Below are positions 1 through 8,959 of a DNA stretch of 64,000 nt, piece by piece (the stretch's first letter is position 1; every line of letters begins with the position of its first letter). Origin of the DNA: an uncultured Acidobacteriota bacterium (lineage in GTDB: Bacteria; Acidobacteriota; Thermoanaerobaculia; Gp7-AA8); the NCBI GenBank assembly GCA_963822445.1, contig CAWGHO010000002.1, positions 1,376,001-1,440,000 of the forward strand, written 5' to 3'. The position numbers were made by a program, and so were the translations under genes. A model generated the notes under the pieces. It did no database searches. It saw only the letters and a list, made by a program, of their open reading frames with translations, and was not told the origin of the DNA.

Positions 1-73
1 CCTGCAGACGCTGAAGGATGTCCTTGATCTGCTGGTACTCCTCCTCGTACATCACGAGATCAGGAGCGGCCAT
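1..73 (-). CDS. mglB: MglB-like roadblock/LC7 protein, 5' part (runs off window)
   Basis: Minus-strand translation from ATG at 73: MAAPDLVMYEEEYQQIKDILQRLQ, close to the Myxococcus MglB N-terminus (MGTQLVMYEEEF...); lies downstream of recR. Confidence 0.75.
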   Translation of the reverse strand, partial: MAAPDLVMYEEEYQQIKDILQRLQ

Positions 74-142
74 TCATTTTCACCGTTTTCCGCGTGCGGA
101 TTGGGACGGAAATGTATAGCACACGAAGCACTTACGAGGCGA

Positions 143-736
143 CTAAATCTCTCGGCGTCCTTCGAGAGCCTTGGCCATCGTGACCTGATCCGCGTACTCG
201 AGATCGCCGCCGACGGGCAGGCCGAAGGCGAGCCTGGTGGTGCGGACGCCGGTCTGCCGTAACTGCTGGGCGATGTAAAGGGCCGTGGCCTCGCCTTCGA
301 CGTTCGGGTTCGTGGCGACGATGACCTCGCGGATGGTTTCCGCGTTCACGCGCTTGAGCAGACCGCCGACGTCGATGTCCTGCGGGCCAATGCCTTTGAG
401 CGGCGAGAGCGCGCCGAGGAGGACGTGGTAGACGCCCTTGAAGTCGCGGGTGGACTCGATCGTCTGGATGTTGAACGCCTCTTCGACGACGCAGATCAGA
501 CCTGGGTCGCGGCGGGGATCGGAGCAGATCGCGCAGGGCTCGACGTCCGTCATGTTGTTGCAGATCGAGCAGCGGAAGATCTTCGACTTCACCTCGAGGA
601 TCGCCTGCGCCAGCGACTCGGCCTCGCCGGCCGGCCTTTTGAGGATGTGATACGCGAGCCGCGCCGCGGACTTGCCGCCGACGCCGGGGAGCTTGGTGAG
701 CTCGTTGATGAGGTTCGCGAGTGGAGGGGCGGTCAA
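143..736 (-). CDS. recR: Recombination mediator RecR
   Basis: LPGVGGKSAARLAYHIL HhH, C4 zinc finger (CSIC...CAIC), Toprim ATNPNVEGEATA, GGDLEYAD. Confidence 0.97.
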   Translation of the reverse strand: MTAPPLANLINELTKLPGVGGKSAARLAYHILKRPAGEAESLAQAILEVKSKIFRCSICNNMTDVEPCAICSDPRRDPGLICVVEEAFNIQTIESTRDFKGVYHVLLGALSPLKGIGPQDIDVGGLLKRVNAETIREVIVATNPNVEGEATALYIAQQLRQTGVRTTRLAFGLPVGGDLEYADQVTMAKALEGRREI

Positions 737-738
737 AT

Positions 739-1035
739 CTAGAACCCGGGAATCTTCATCCCGCCGGTCATCGAGCCGACCGACGACTGCATTTCCTCGT
801 CGACCTTGCGCACGGCCTCGTTGACCGCGGCTTTGACCAGGTCCTGGAGCATGTCTACGTCATTCGGGTCGACGGCTTCCTTGTCGATGACCACGGAGAC
901 GATCTCCTTGTTGCCGGTCATCTCCACTTTCACCATGCCCCCGCCGGACGTGCCTTCGACTTTGAGGCTGGCCATCTGGCGCTGCATCTGATCCTGGAGC
1001 TGCTGCGCCTGTTTCATGAGCTGCTTGATGTTCAT
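739..1035 (-). CDS. ybaB: YbaB/EbfC nucleoid-associated protein
   Basis: MKQAQQLQ...GGGMVKV...[14 protein letters not shown]; between dnaX and recR. Confidence 0.95.
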   Translation of the reverse strand: MNIKQLMKQAQQLQDQMQRQMASLKVEGTSGGGMVKVEMTGNKEIVSVVIDKEAVDPNDVDMLQDLVKAAVNEAVRKVDEEMQSSVGSMTGGMKIPGF

Positions 1036-2546
1036 TTGTTCTCCTTCACGAGCTCACCGCCGAGGTGCTTGCGGAATGCGCTGAGGACAGGGTCGTCGCG
1101 GAGCGAGGAGGGCTTGTCTTCCGCTCGCCGCGTAGCATCCGGAGCGTCGGGTTGCTGGATCTTGATGTCGACCGTCGTCTTCTCGCCGTATACCTGCGCG
1201 GCGACTTCTTCGAGGGAGTCCTTCGCGTCACCAACCGTGTCGGCCGCGAATTTGTCGGCGAACGAGAGGGTGATGCGATTGCCGTTTTTCTGCACGATCG
1301 CGGACTCGAGATAGGGGCCGAGCAGCGGGCGCTTCTTCTTGAAGGCGGTGACGAAGTCGTCGGAGGCTGCTTGAACCTTCGGAACTGCTGCTGCTTTAGG
1401 CAGAGATCTCTCAACCTTTTCCCCGCCCCCACCCGCAAGCACCTGCTCCACGCTCTTCAATCGCGGGAACGTCGCCGCTTTCAGCAGCGCGATCTCCACC
1501 GCCAGCCGCTGATGTTCCGCGCGATTCACGGTCTCGTCATCGCGCAGCAGGAGATTGGCGATGCGCAGCAGCTCCGTGTACGAGAACTGCCCCGCCAGCG
1601 AGCGGATGGCCGGCAGATCTTCCGGCGACAGGGCGAGCATGTTCTCGTTCGCGCCGCCCGCGAGAAGCAGCAGATTGCGCACGAAGTTGAGCAGATCGCG
1701 ATAGAGCATCTTGAAATCGCGGCCGCTGTTCGAGGCTTCCTCGAGCGCTTCCAGGATTCCGCCGTGATCCCCTTCGCCGATGAGGGTGATCACCCGGCCG
1801 AAGAAGGTCGTGTCGGAGAGGCCGAGGATCGTGGCGACGTTCTCGACGGTGATGGAGCGGCCGCCGAAGGCGATGATCTGGTCGAGCAGCGACAACGAAT
1901 CGCGCACGCTGCCTTCACCGCGGCGGGCCACGATCTCCAGCGCCGTGCGCTCGGCCTTGATGCCTTCCATGTCGCACACCTGCTGCAGACGGCCGATCAG
2001 ATCCTCGAGCGTGATCTTGCGCAGGATGACCTTCTGCACGCGGGAGATGATCGTCTGCGGAACCTTCTGCATCTCCGTCGTCGCGAACATGAACATCACG
2101 TGCGGCGGCGGCTCCTCGATCAGCTTGAGGAGCGCGTTCCACGAGGCGGTGGAGAGCATGTGCGCCTCGTCGATGATGAAGATGCGGTAGCGGTCACGCG
2201 CGGGCTGGAACTGGGAGACGTCGCGCAGCTCGCGGACGTTGTCGACGCCGGTGTACGTTGCCGCGTCGATCTCCCGCACGTCCATGTCGATGCCTTCGGT
2301 GATCTCCCGGCAGACCGTGCACTCGTTGCACGGCTCGCCGGCGGGCCCCTTCACGCAATTGAGGGCCTTCGAGAGGATGCGCGCGAGGGTCGTTTTGCCG
2401 ACGCCGCGGACTCCGGAGAAGAGGTAGGCGTGATGGATCCGCTCGTCGCGGATGGCGTTCTGGAGGGTCTGGACGACAGTCCCCTGGCCGACGGTGTCTG
2501 CGAAGGATTGCGGCCGGTATTTGCGGGCCAGGGCCTGGTAGGACAT
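1032..2546 (-). CDS. dnaX: DNA polymerase III subunit gamma/tau
   Basis: [15 protein letters not shown] start at ATG 2546, Walker [29 protein letters not shown]; longer ORF start overlaps the SRP RNA. Confidence 0.97.
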   Translation of the reverse strand: MSYQALARKYRPQSFADTVGQGTVVQTLQNAIRDERIHHAYLFSGVRGVGKTTLARILSKALNCVKGPAGEPCNECTVCREITEGIDMDVREIDAATYTGVDNVRELRDVSQFQPARDRYRIFIIDEAHMLSTASWNALLKLIEEPPPHVMFMFATTEMQKVPQTIISRVQKVILRKITLEDLIGRLQQVCDMEGIKAERTALEIVARRGEGSVRDSLSLLDQIIAFGGRSITVENVATILGLSDTTFFGRVITLIGEGDHGGILEALEEASNSGRDFKMLYRDLLNFVRNLLLLAGGANENMLALSPEDLPAIRSLAGQFSYTELLRIANLLLRDDETVNRAEHQRLAVEIALLKAATFPRLKSVEQVLAGGGGEKVERSLPKAAAVPKVQAASDDFVTAFKKKRPLLGPYLESAIVQKNGNRITLSFADKFAADTVGDAKDSLEEVAAQVYGEKTTVDIKIQQPDAPDATRRAEDKPSSLRDDPVLSAFRKHLGGELVKENK

Positions 2547-2566
2547 GGGGAGCGAGTGTATATAAC

Positions 2567-2694
2567 AAACCCGCTCAGAAGAGCCCAGGCCTGACTGTGT
2601 CACGCAGGGTAGGCACCTTATCGCTGCTTCCTTCCGGACCTGACGAGGTTCGATGCTCCTGCTGCACAGGACCCGAGCTCACCTGAACGGGCTT
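2567..2694 (-). ncRNA. ffs: Signal recognition particle RNA
   Basis: Minus strand has the conserved TCAGGTCCGGAAGGAAGCAGC motif (2623-2643) in a long stem; canonical position upstream of dnaX; ends approximate. Confidence 0.9.
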
Positions 2695-2745
2695 GCCGGT
2701 GTTCCTTGCATTTACGAATCAATCCACGCAGCGGCGCGTCGCCGC

Positions 2746-2836
2746 TGGCGGAGAGAGTGGGATTCGAACCCACGGTACGCGATTAACGTACACACGCTTT
2801 CCAAGCGTGCGCCTTAAGCCACTCGGCCATCTCTCC
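2746..2836 (-). tRNA. tRNA-Ser(GGA)
   Basis: GGAGAGATGGCCGAGTGG...CACGC-TTGGAAA-GCGTG, long variable arm, GGTTCGAATCC, encoded CCA. Confidence 0.96.
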
Positions 2837-2947
2837 GTGCTGCGCACGCAAAATTGAAAATTGAAAATTGAGAATTGAAAATGATGATGAAATTACCGCA
2901 CAGTTTCAATTTTCAATTTTACATTTTCAATTTCATGCGCGCAGCGC
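2837..2947. repeat. Inverted heptamer-array hairpin (AAAATTG)n...(CAATTTT)n
   Basis: Left arm 2850-2880, right arm 2904-2933, closed by a GC outer stem; spacer between two tRNA-Ser genes. Confidence 0.85.
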
Positions 2948-2954
2948 GTGACCA

Positions 2955-3024
<70 letters not shown>

Positions 3025-3046
<22 letters not shown>

Positions 3047-3504
3047 GTTCGATCACGCTGGCGCAGCTGGCGGAAGAAATCCTGGAGCAGCAGACGTGCC
3101 CGCTCTTCCATGAAGCCTCCTTCCACTTCGAGGCGATGGTTGAGCCGCGCGTCCTGCACCAGGTTGCCGAGGGAGCCGCAAAATCCGGCTTTCGGGTCGA
3201 AGGCCGCGAAGACCAGACGGTCCACGCGCGCGTTCACGAGCGCTCCCGCACACATCGCGCACGGTTCGAGCGTCACGAACATCGTCGTCCCCTCCAGCCG
3301 CCAGTCGCCGATCGTTCGCGCTGCTTCCGCGATCGCGTAGATCTCCGCATGGCCGAGGGGGTCGCCTGATTCCCGGCGGTTGCGGCCGCGGCCGATGACG
3401 GTTCCGTCCCGGCTCACGATCACGGCTCCGACGGGGATCTCTCCGTCCGCTCCGGCCTCGTGAGCCAAAGCAAACGCTTCCTCCATCCACTGCACCTGAT
3501 TCAT
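3025..3504 (-). CDS. tadA: tRNA adenosine(34) deaminase
   Basis: EIPVGAVIV, HAE, TLEPCAMCAGA, DPKAG, LNHR motifs. Confidence 0.95.
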
Positions 3505-3519
3505 CTGTCAAAGAGTACG

Positions 3520-3543
3520 ACGGCGGGCATCAGTGCCCGCCGT
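3520..3543. terminator. GC hairpin between tRNA-Arg and tadA (processing site or weak terminator)
   Basis: ACGGCGGGCA-TCAG-TGCCCGCCGT perfect 10-bp stem; weak U-tract. Confidence 0.4.
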
Positions 3544-3560
3544 GAGGGTTGGATTCGGAT

Positions 3561-3637
3561 TGGTGCACCCATGAGGACTCGAACCTCAAACCTTCTGATC
3601 CGTAGTCAGATGCTCTATCCAATTGAGCTATGGGTGC
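3561..3637 (-). tRNA. tRNA-Arg(ACG)
   Basis: GCACCCATAGCTCAATTGGATAGAGC...TCTGA-CTACGGA-TCAGA...GGTTCGAGTCC...CCA. Confidence 0.96.
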
Positions 3638-3738
3638 GAGCACGGAAAGCTAACCACCTCAGCGGGATCTGCATTCCGCAGCGGCGGCGCATTGTATGCG
3701 GCGCTACCCGGCCTAGCAAGCGGCCGTTTCTTGCGTGG

Positions 3739-3754
3739 CGGCACATCACTTGCG
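3739..3754 (+). promoter_or_regulatory. Sigma54-type -24/-12 promoter
   Basis: CGGCACATCACTTGCG = GG-N10-GC with GGCAC and TTGC cores. Confidence 0.6.
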
Positions 3755-3788
3755 GTATCCTTGTCGCTCCTGGAGCTGCAGCAAGCTT

Positions 3789-3859
3789 TCACGGCCTCTA
3801 CGGTTGGCGAACTGCCTGTCCCACCCTTCCCCAGCCAACCGTGGAGGGCGTGATTTTTT
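3789..3859 (+). terminator. Long hairpin with C-rich loop followed by T6 (intrinsic terminator of a candidate sRNA or leader)
   Basis: Arms 3789-3808 and 3834-3853 pair at 19/20 including one G-U; TTTTTT at 3854-3859. Confidence 0.6.
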
Positions 3860-4300
3860 ATGCGCAAGGAAGACTTCTACGCGCGGACCATGCACACCCC
3901 GGACGACCCCGCGCGTGCCGCGCAACGGGCTGCCCTCCGGGATCTCTGGAAGCAGCTTCTGCCGTTGCACCGCGCGCTGATCGACTCCGCCAAGGCCGAA
4001 TACACCGCCTCGATCGCCCCCGTCGGCGGCCCCACCCACCTGCTCCAGCTGATCAATGACGATCCCTTTTTCGGCTGGCTCAAGCCCCTGACCGCCGTGA
4101 TCGTCGAGATCGACGAAATGTCCCGCACCGACTTCGACAAGGCCCAGGTCGACGCCCTCCTCGGCCGCGTCCGCGCCGTTTTCGGCGGCGACGCCGCCTC
4201 CGCCTTCGGCTCGCGCTACCTCCCGCTCCTCCAGCGGGACGTGGACGTCGCTATTGCTCACGCCGCCATCCGCCAGATTCTGGCGCGACTGGACGGATAA
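3860..4300 (+). CDS. Hypothetical helical protein
   Basis: Open frame with high-GC3 codon usage; LLQLINDDPFFGWLKPLTAVIVEIDE; start may be ATG 3890. Confidence 0.7.
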   Translation: MRKEDFYARTMHTPDDPARAAQRAALRDLWKQLLPLHRALIDSAKAEYTASIAPVGGPTHLLQLINDDPFFGWLKPLTAVIVEIDEMSRTDFDKAQVDALLGRVRAVFGGDAASAFGSRYLPLLQRDVDVAIAHAAIRQILARLDG

Positions 4301-4349
4301 ACACCCGCTCCGTCCCTCCACAGTTGCAGTAAAGTAGAAGTTCTCCCAA

Positions 4350-4880
4350 ATGGAACTATTTGCGTTCGACGACGACTACGTGCGGCGTCTGCGGATGCGC
4401 GACCGCGATACCGTCGCTCACTTCGAGCCGTACATCCGCGACCTCATGCGGATCAAGTTTCACAGGAAGCTCCGCACCGCCGAGGATGTCGAAGATGTGC
4501 TGCAGGAGACTCTCAAGCGCGTCTTCGACGCGCTCGATCAGGTCCAGGACGGGCACAAGCTCGGTGCGTTCGTCAACACGATCGCCAACCACGTCTACCA
4601 GGAGAAGGTCCGCGAGGATCTCCGCTCGAAGCGGCCGGACGGCGTGCTTCCGCCAAATGACGACAAGAGCACGCTCGACGCCCTGATCGACGAGGAGACC
4701 CGCCGGCGGGTCCGCGCCGTCATCGCCCAGCTCGAGCCGCGCGACCGCGAGATCCTCACGGCGATTTTTCTCGAGGAGGAAGACAAAGACGCAATCTGCG
4801 CCCGTATGCGCATCTCCCGCGAGTACCTCCGCGTCCTGCAGCACCGGGCCGCGGACAAGTTCCGGAAATGGTTCATGTAA
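4350..4880 (+). CDS. ECF-family RNA polymerase sigma factor
   Basis: Region 2 EDVEDVLQETLKRV and region 4 LEPRDREILTAIFL...ISREYLRVLQHRA. Confidence 0.9.
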   Translation: MELFAFDDDYVRRLRMRDRDTVAHFEPYIRDLMRIKFHRKLRTAEDVEDVLQETLKRVFDALDQVQDGHKLGAFVNTIANHVYQEKVREDLRSKRPDGVLPPNDDKSTLDALIDEETRRRVRAVIAQLEPRDREILTAIFLEEEDKDAICARMRISREYLRVLQHRAADKFRKWFM

Positions 4881-4920
4881 CGACCGCGCCGCGATCGTCA
4901 CTATCTGGTCTGAGAACGCG

Positions 4921-5589
4921 ATGAAACACGAGCAGCTACAGGAACATGCGACCCAGCGGTACTTCCTCGATGAGATGTCCGAGGCGGAGCGCAACGAGTT
5001 CGAAGAGCATTACTTCGATTGCGCGATCTGCGCGGCCGAGGTCAGGGATGCCGCGAGGCTGCTCGCCGTGGGACGCGAGATCGCCCGGGAGCAACAGGCG
5101 GCCCCAGCACCCGTAACCGAAATCCGCAAGTTCCGGCCGTGGGTCACCTGGTATCCCCGTCTTGCCACTGCCGCCGCGGCGGTCTTCGCGATCGTCATCG
5201 GCTGGCAGACAGTGACCATTCAGAGCCTGCGTACGCTGGCGCCGCGCGGCGGTGTGAGCACGCGCTACGAAGTCACCACGAGCAAGACTCGAGGGATTGT
5301 CGGCGCGTCGCCTCTTCAGACCATTCGAGTAGGCGAGATCGCGACGGTCGAGGTGGAGATCCTCCCGCCGCCGGAAAGACCGGCCAGCTACGTCATCAGC
5401 ATCCGCGATGGCGCCGGCCGGGTGAAGCAATCCGACGACGTCAGTTTGGAACAGGCAGAAGAGTCGGTTCCGGTAGTGCTCCCCGCGTTGCCCCGGGGGA
5501 GCTATCAGTTGGTGATCGAGGGTGTCCGCAAGGATGGCAACCGCTTCGAGATCACCCGTCATGGTTTCGAGGTGGTTTCAGAGAGATGA
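4921..5589 (+). CDS. zf-HC2 zinc-finger transmembrane anti-sigma factor
   Basis: FEEHYFDCAIC (HxxxCxxC), one TM segment (LATAAAAVFAIVIGW), C-terminal beta-rich domain; follows ECF sigma. Confidence 0.88.
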   Translation: MKHEQLQEHATQRYFLDEMSEAERNEFEEHYFDCAICAAEVRDAARLLAVGREIAREQQAAPAPVTEIRKFRPWVTWYPRLATAAAAVFAIVIGWQTVTIQSLRTLAPRGGVSTRYEVTTSKTRGIVGASPLQTIRVGEIATVEVEILPPPERPASYVISIRDGAGRVKQSDDVSLEQAEESVPVVLPALPRGSYQLVIEGVRKDGNRFEITRHGFEVVSER

Positions 5590-5614
5590 GGACGAGGAAA
5601 AAAGGAGGCAGTCC

Positions 5615-6490
5615 ATGCCAAGTTATGCGTACAACGCGAGCGCCATCGGTCTCGGCGGAGTGATCCGGCGAGGTGACATTTCCACGGTCGTACCGACCGT
5701 CGCATCGGTCTGCCTGGCACCCGCCGGCGGCGAGGCGTCGATCAGCTACGAGAACTACAACCGCCACGACATTTCCTTCACCAAAGCCCAGGCCCGCGTC
5801 GGCGGGTACGAGGCGCCGGCCGTCAACGGCGGCCTTCGCCGTCACATCACCTACGCCGACATCTACCTGAGCAACCTGAAGATCTTCGATCGCCTGAAGA
5901 TCACCTTCATGCAGGCGACCATCACCTCGTCACGCGAGGTGGGCAACGAGCGTCCGCCGCAGGAGCTCGAGCACGATCTCACTGAATTCGAGATCAACGT
6001 CCTCTATCGGGGCGTTGTGATCGACGGCGTCGAGGTCTTTCCGGACGTCGACGCCAACCTCTGCGGGGCGAAGAAGTACGGGGCGTTCGCCGACCTGATG
6101 GCGCAGCGGCAGGATCTGCTGCTCAGCGATGAGGCAGGGATCACCCCCGCGGAGCTCGCCGAGCTGAAACGCGACCGAAAGCCCTTCAACGGTTCGTTGA
6201 TCAGGAAGATCGAGAACGCGCCCTCGAGCAAGGGCCACAAGGTCCCGCTCAGGCAGTTCGGCAACGCCAAATTCGCCGAGCTGCTCGTGAAACCGGATCG
6301 CCAGCGTTTCAGCCTGCTGCGTCTCGACCTCAACTCCGACTGGAGCACCGTTCGCCCCCAGAACGACGGCCCCATGTTCGCGGCATCCGCCGATGGCGAG
6401 ATCCTCGCGAATGCCGCCGGCGACGACGGCCAGGGCGGAGCGTTGAGCGGAGGAGGCGGCGGCAGCAATGGTGTCCCCATCTGGCCGTAG
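5615..6490 (+). CDS. Hypothetical beta-rich protein with Gly-rich C-terminus
   Basis: Strong RBS AAGGAGG (5602-5608) before ATG 5615; ends GGALSGGGGGSNGVPIWP; no signal peptide. Confidence 0.8.
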   Translation: MPSYAYNASAIGLGGVIRRGDISTVVPTVASVCLAPAGGEASISYENYNRHDISFTKAQARVGGYEAPAVNGGLRRHITYADIYLSNLKIFDRLKITFMQATITSSREVGNERPPQELEHDLTEFEINVLYRGVVIDGVEVFPDVDANLCGAKKYGAFADLMAQRQDLLLSDEAGITPAELAELKRDRKPFNGSLIRKIENAPSSKGHKVPLRQFGNAKFAELLVKPDRQRFSLLRLDLNSDWSTVRPQNDGPMFAASADGEILANAAGDDGQGGALSGGGGGSNGVPIWP

Positions 6491-8900
6491 CAGCAGATTC
6501 CGTAGATTCGTGCCGCTGCTGTTCGCGCTGGTCTTCGTCGGCGCGAAGGCAGCGGCACCACCGTCTTACGAGTCCGTGTGGCGGGATGCGCGGCGTCTGT
6601 CCGACGGCGGTGACCTCGTTGCCGCGGCTCGAATCGTCGACGCGGCCCTTCTTGGAGCCGGCGCGAGCGACGAGGAGTCGGTCTGGGCGCTGCGGGTCAT
6701 GCGCGCCGAGCTGCTGATCCTTCAAGGCGATGCCGTGGGGGCGCGCGCTGCGATCAGGAAACCGCTTCCGCGAAACCTGCAAGCCACCGAAACAGCGGCA
6801 CGCCGGCTCGTTCTGCTGGGGATGATGGACTGGTACACCGACGACCATGACAACGCCGTAGAGCTGATCGAGCAGGCCTTGTCGATCTCGGCTCGCGTCG
6901 CGCCCGGCTATCACGCGGAGATCCTCGCTCTTCGCGCATACCTCAGTTGGAGCGAGACCGATGCGCGGGAGGCCGTACGGCTCGCCAGAAAGAGCGGCGA
7001 CGCGCGCACGATCGCCAAGGTCGGGGCGAACGTCGCGCTCCATCACGTTCGAGCCGGCCGGTTCGTCGAAGGCATCGCCCTCGACTCCTTCGTGCGCCCT
7101 CGGCTCGAAGCGCTCGGGATGCGGCGGACACTCAAGACCCATCTCGGCAACATCGGCTGGGCCTATCTCGAGCTCGGCGATTACGACCAGGCCATGGAGC
7201 GTCTGGCTGCCGCCGAGCGCGAGGCCGCGAGGATCGGCGACGTCAATGAGCGCATGGTCTGGCTCAATCACATCGGCAACATCCATCATGCCCGTCGTGA
7301 TTGGGCCGCGGCCATGCAGGCCTACACGACCGTCCTGCGCACGGCGCCGAAAGACCACCGCGAGCATGGTCATGCTCTGGCCAATCTCGCGCGCGTAGCC
7401 ATCGACTCCGGAAACCTCGGCGAGGCTGGCAATGCGATCCGTGACGCGCTCGCATTCGAGCGACGCAGCGAAGACGTCGAGGACGAACAGATCGCGCTCA
7501 TTCTTCAGTCGCGCGTCGATGCAGCGGCCGGCAGAGCGGCCGCGTCCGAAAAGACTCTGCGCGCTGTGATGGCAAAGGCTGAGAATCCGGTCACGCGGAT
7601 CGAAGCGAATGCCCGTCTCGCGCAGTTGCTCGCTTCCACCGGTCGCACCAACCTGGCTGACAACGCATTCAAACGCGCCGTCGATCTCGTGCGCACCGCG
7701 CGGGAGTCGATCGACAACCCCGAGCTGCGCATCGCCTACTTCAACACCTCCTCCGAGCTCTTCGACGACTACATCGATTTCCTCGTCGCCACGAAACGCC
7801 CCGAGGAAGCGTTGCGGGTGACGGAGATCAGCCGCGCGCAGACGCTGGCCGAGGGGCTGGTCACCGCGCAGGCGAAACTCGTTCCGCGCGCAATCGCCAA
7901 AGCGCGCGACGCCACCATCCTTTGCTACTGGCTCGGACACGACCGCTCCTGGGTCTGGACGATCACCGGAAATGCGATCACCGTCGCGCCGCTTCCTGCC
8001 GATCACGTCATCGAGGCCGAAGTCGATCGGTACAGCAAGGTCCTGCTCACCGCGGCGGGCACGCTCGATCGCAGCGGAGCCCGCGGGCAGCGGTTGTACA
8101 ACATGCTCGTCGCGCCGGCGGTTCGCGCTCTGCCCCAAAACGCGCGGGTCATCGTCGTCGCCGACGGCAAACTGCACACGCTCAACTTCGAAACGCTCGT
8201 CGTTCCCGCGGCGCCGCAGCGTTACTGGATCAACGACGTCGTCCTCACCAACGCCAGCTCGCTGCAGCTCCTCGCGCCGGGCGCGCCGCGGCCACGGGCG
8301 TCGTTGCCGATGTTGCTCGTCGGCAATCCGCCGGTGGTCGACGCCGCGTTCCCGCCGCTCCGGCAGGCTCCTGTCGAGATCGCGCGCGTCGCTGCACGGT
8401 TCGCCGGCGCAACCGTCCTTCAAGGCGCGAAAGCGACACCGGCCGGATACTCGGCTGCGAAACCGCAGCGCTTCGATCTCGTCCACTTCGTCGCCCACGG
8501 CGTGGCCGCCCGGCGGCGCCCACTCGACTCCGCGGTCATCCTCGGCCTCGACGCAAAGAAGTCCTATCGCCTCCTCGCTCGCGATGTCGCCGGGCAGCCG
8601 CTCTCGGCGCGACTAGTGACCATCTCCAGCTGCGAAGGTGCGGGTTACGCGACCTACACCGGCGAGGGGCTCGTCGGCCTGGCCTGGGCATTCCGCCGCG
8701 CCGGCGCAGAGCAGGTGGTCGCGGCGCTCTGGCGCGTGGACGACATGGCCACGCTCGAGCTGATGGACAAAATGTACGCGGGCATCAGCGCGAAACGTCA
8801 TCCGGCCGTCGCCCTGCGCGATGCGAAGCTCGCTCTGCTCCGCTCGGGAACGGCCTTCAAACAGCCGAAACACTGGGCGCCGTTCATCAACTACGTCTGA
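6468..8900 (+). CDS. Secreted TPR-CHAT domain (caspase-like) protease
   Basis: TPR repeats (GNIGWAYLELGDYDQA), CHAT motifs ADGKLHTLNFETL, HFVAHG (His), TISSCEG (Cys), AALWRVDD, HWAPF; hydrophobic leader, likely start GTG 6510. Confidence 0.92.
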   Translation: MVSPSGRSSRFRRFVPLLFALVFVGAKAAAPPSYESVWRDARRLSDGGDLVAAARIVDAALLGAGASDEESVWALRVMRAELLILQGDAVGARAAIRKPLPRNLQATETAARRLVLLGMMDWYTDDHDNAVELIEQALSISARVAPGYHAEILALRAYLSWSETDAREAVRLARKSGDARTIAKVGANVALHHVRAGRFVEGIALDSFVRPRLEALGMRRTLKTHLGNIGWAYLELGDYDQAMERLAAAEREAARIGDVNERMVWLNHIGNIHHARRDWAAAMQAYTTVLRTAPKDHREHGHALANLARVAIDSGNLGEAGNAIRDALAFERRSEDVEDEQIALILQSRVDAAAGRAAASEKTLRAVMAKAENPVTRIEANARLAQLLASTGRTNLADNAFKRAVDLVRTARESIDNPELRIAYFNTSSELFDDYIDFLVATKRPEEALRVTEISRAQTLAEGLVTAQAKLVPRAIAKARDATILCYWLGHDRSWVWTITGNAITVAPLPADHVIEAEVDRYSKVLLTAAGTLDRSGARGQRLYNMLVAPAVRALPQNARVIVVADGKLHTLNFETLVVPAAPQRYWINDVVLTNASSLQLLAPGAPRPRASLPMLLVGNPPVVDAAFPPLRQAPVEIARVAARFAGATVLQGAKATPAGYSAAKPQRFDLVHFVAHGVAARRRPLDSAVILGLDAKKSYRLLARDVAGQPLSARLVTISSCEGAGYATYTGEGLVGLAWAFRRAGAEQVVAALWRVDDMATLELMDKMYAGISAKRHPAVALRDAKLALLRSGTAFKQPKHWAPFINYV

Positions 8901-8913
8901 TTCCGGTTTCTGC

Positions 8914-8943
8914 TGGACAAGTGTATTAGCCACTTAGTACACT
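8914..8943 (+). promoter_or_regulatory. Sigma70-like promoter overlapped by a YtrA/GntR-type palindromic operator
   Basis: TGGACA (8914-8919) N18 TACACT (8938-8943); palindrome AGTGTATTA-GCCACT-TAGTACACT (8920-8943). Confidence 0.7.
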
Positions 8944-8959
8944 GTGGCACCTCCGGCAC

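Noticed and set aside
1032-2546. Programmed -1 frameshift in dnaX
   Set aside because: No A-AAA-AAG slippery site or poly-A run found on the coding strand.
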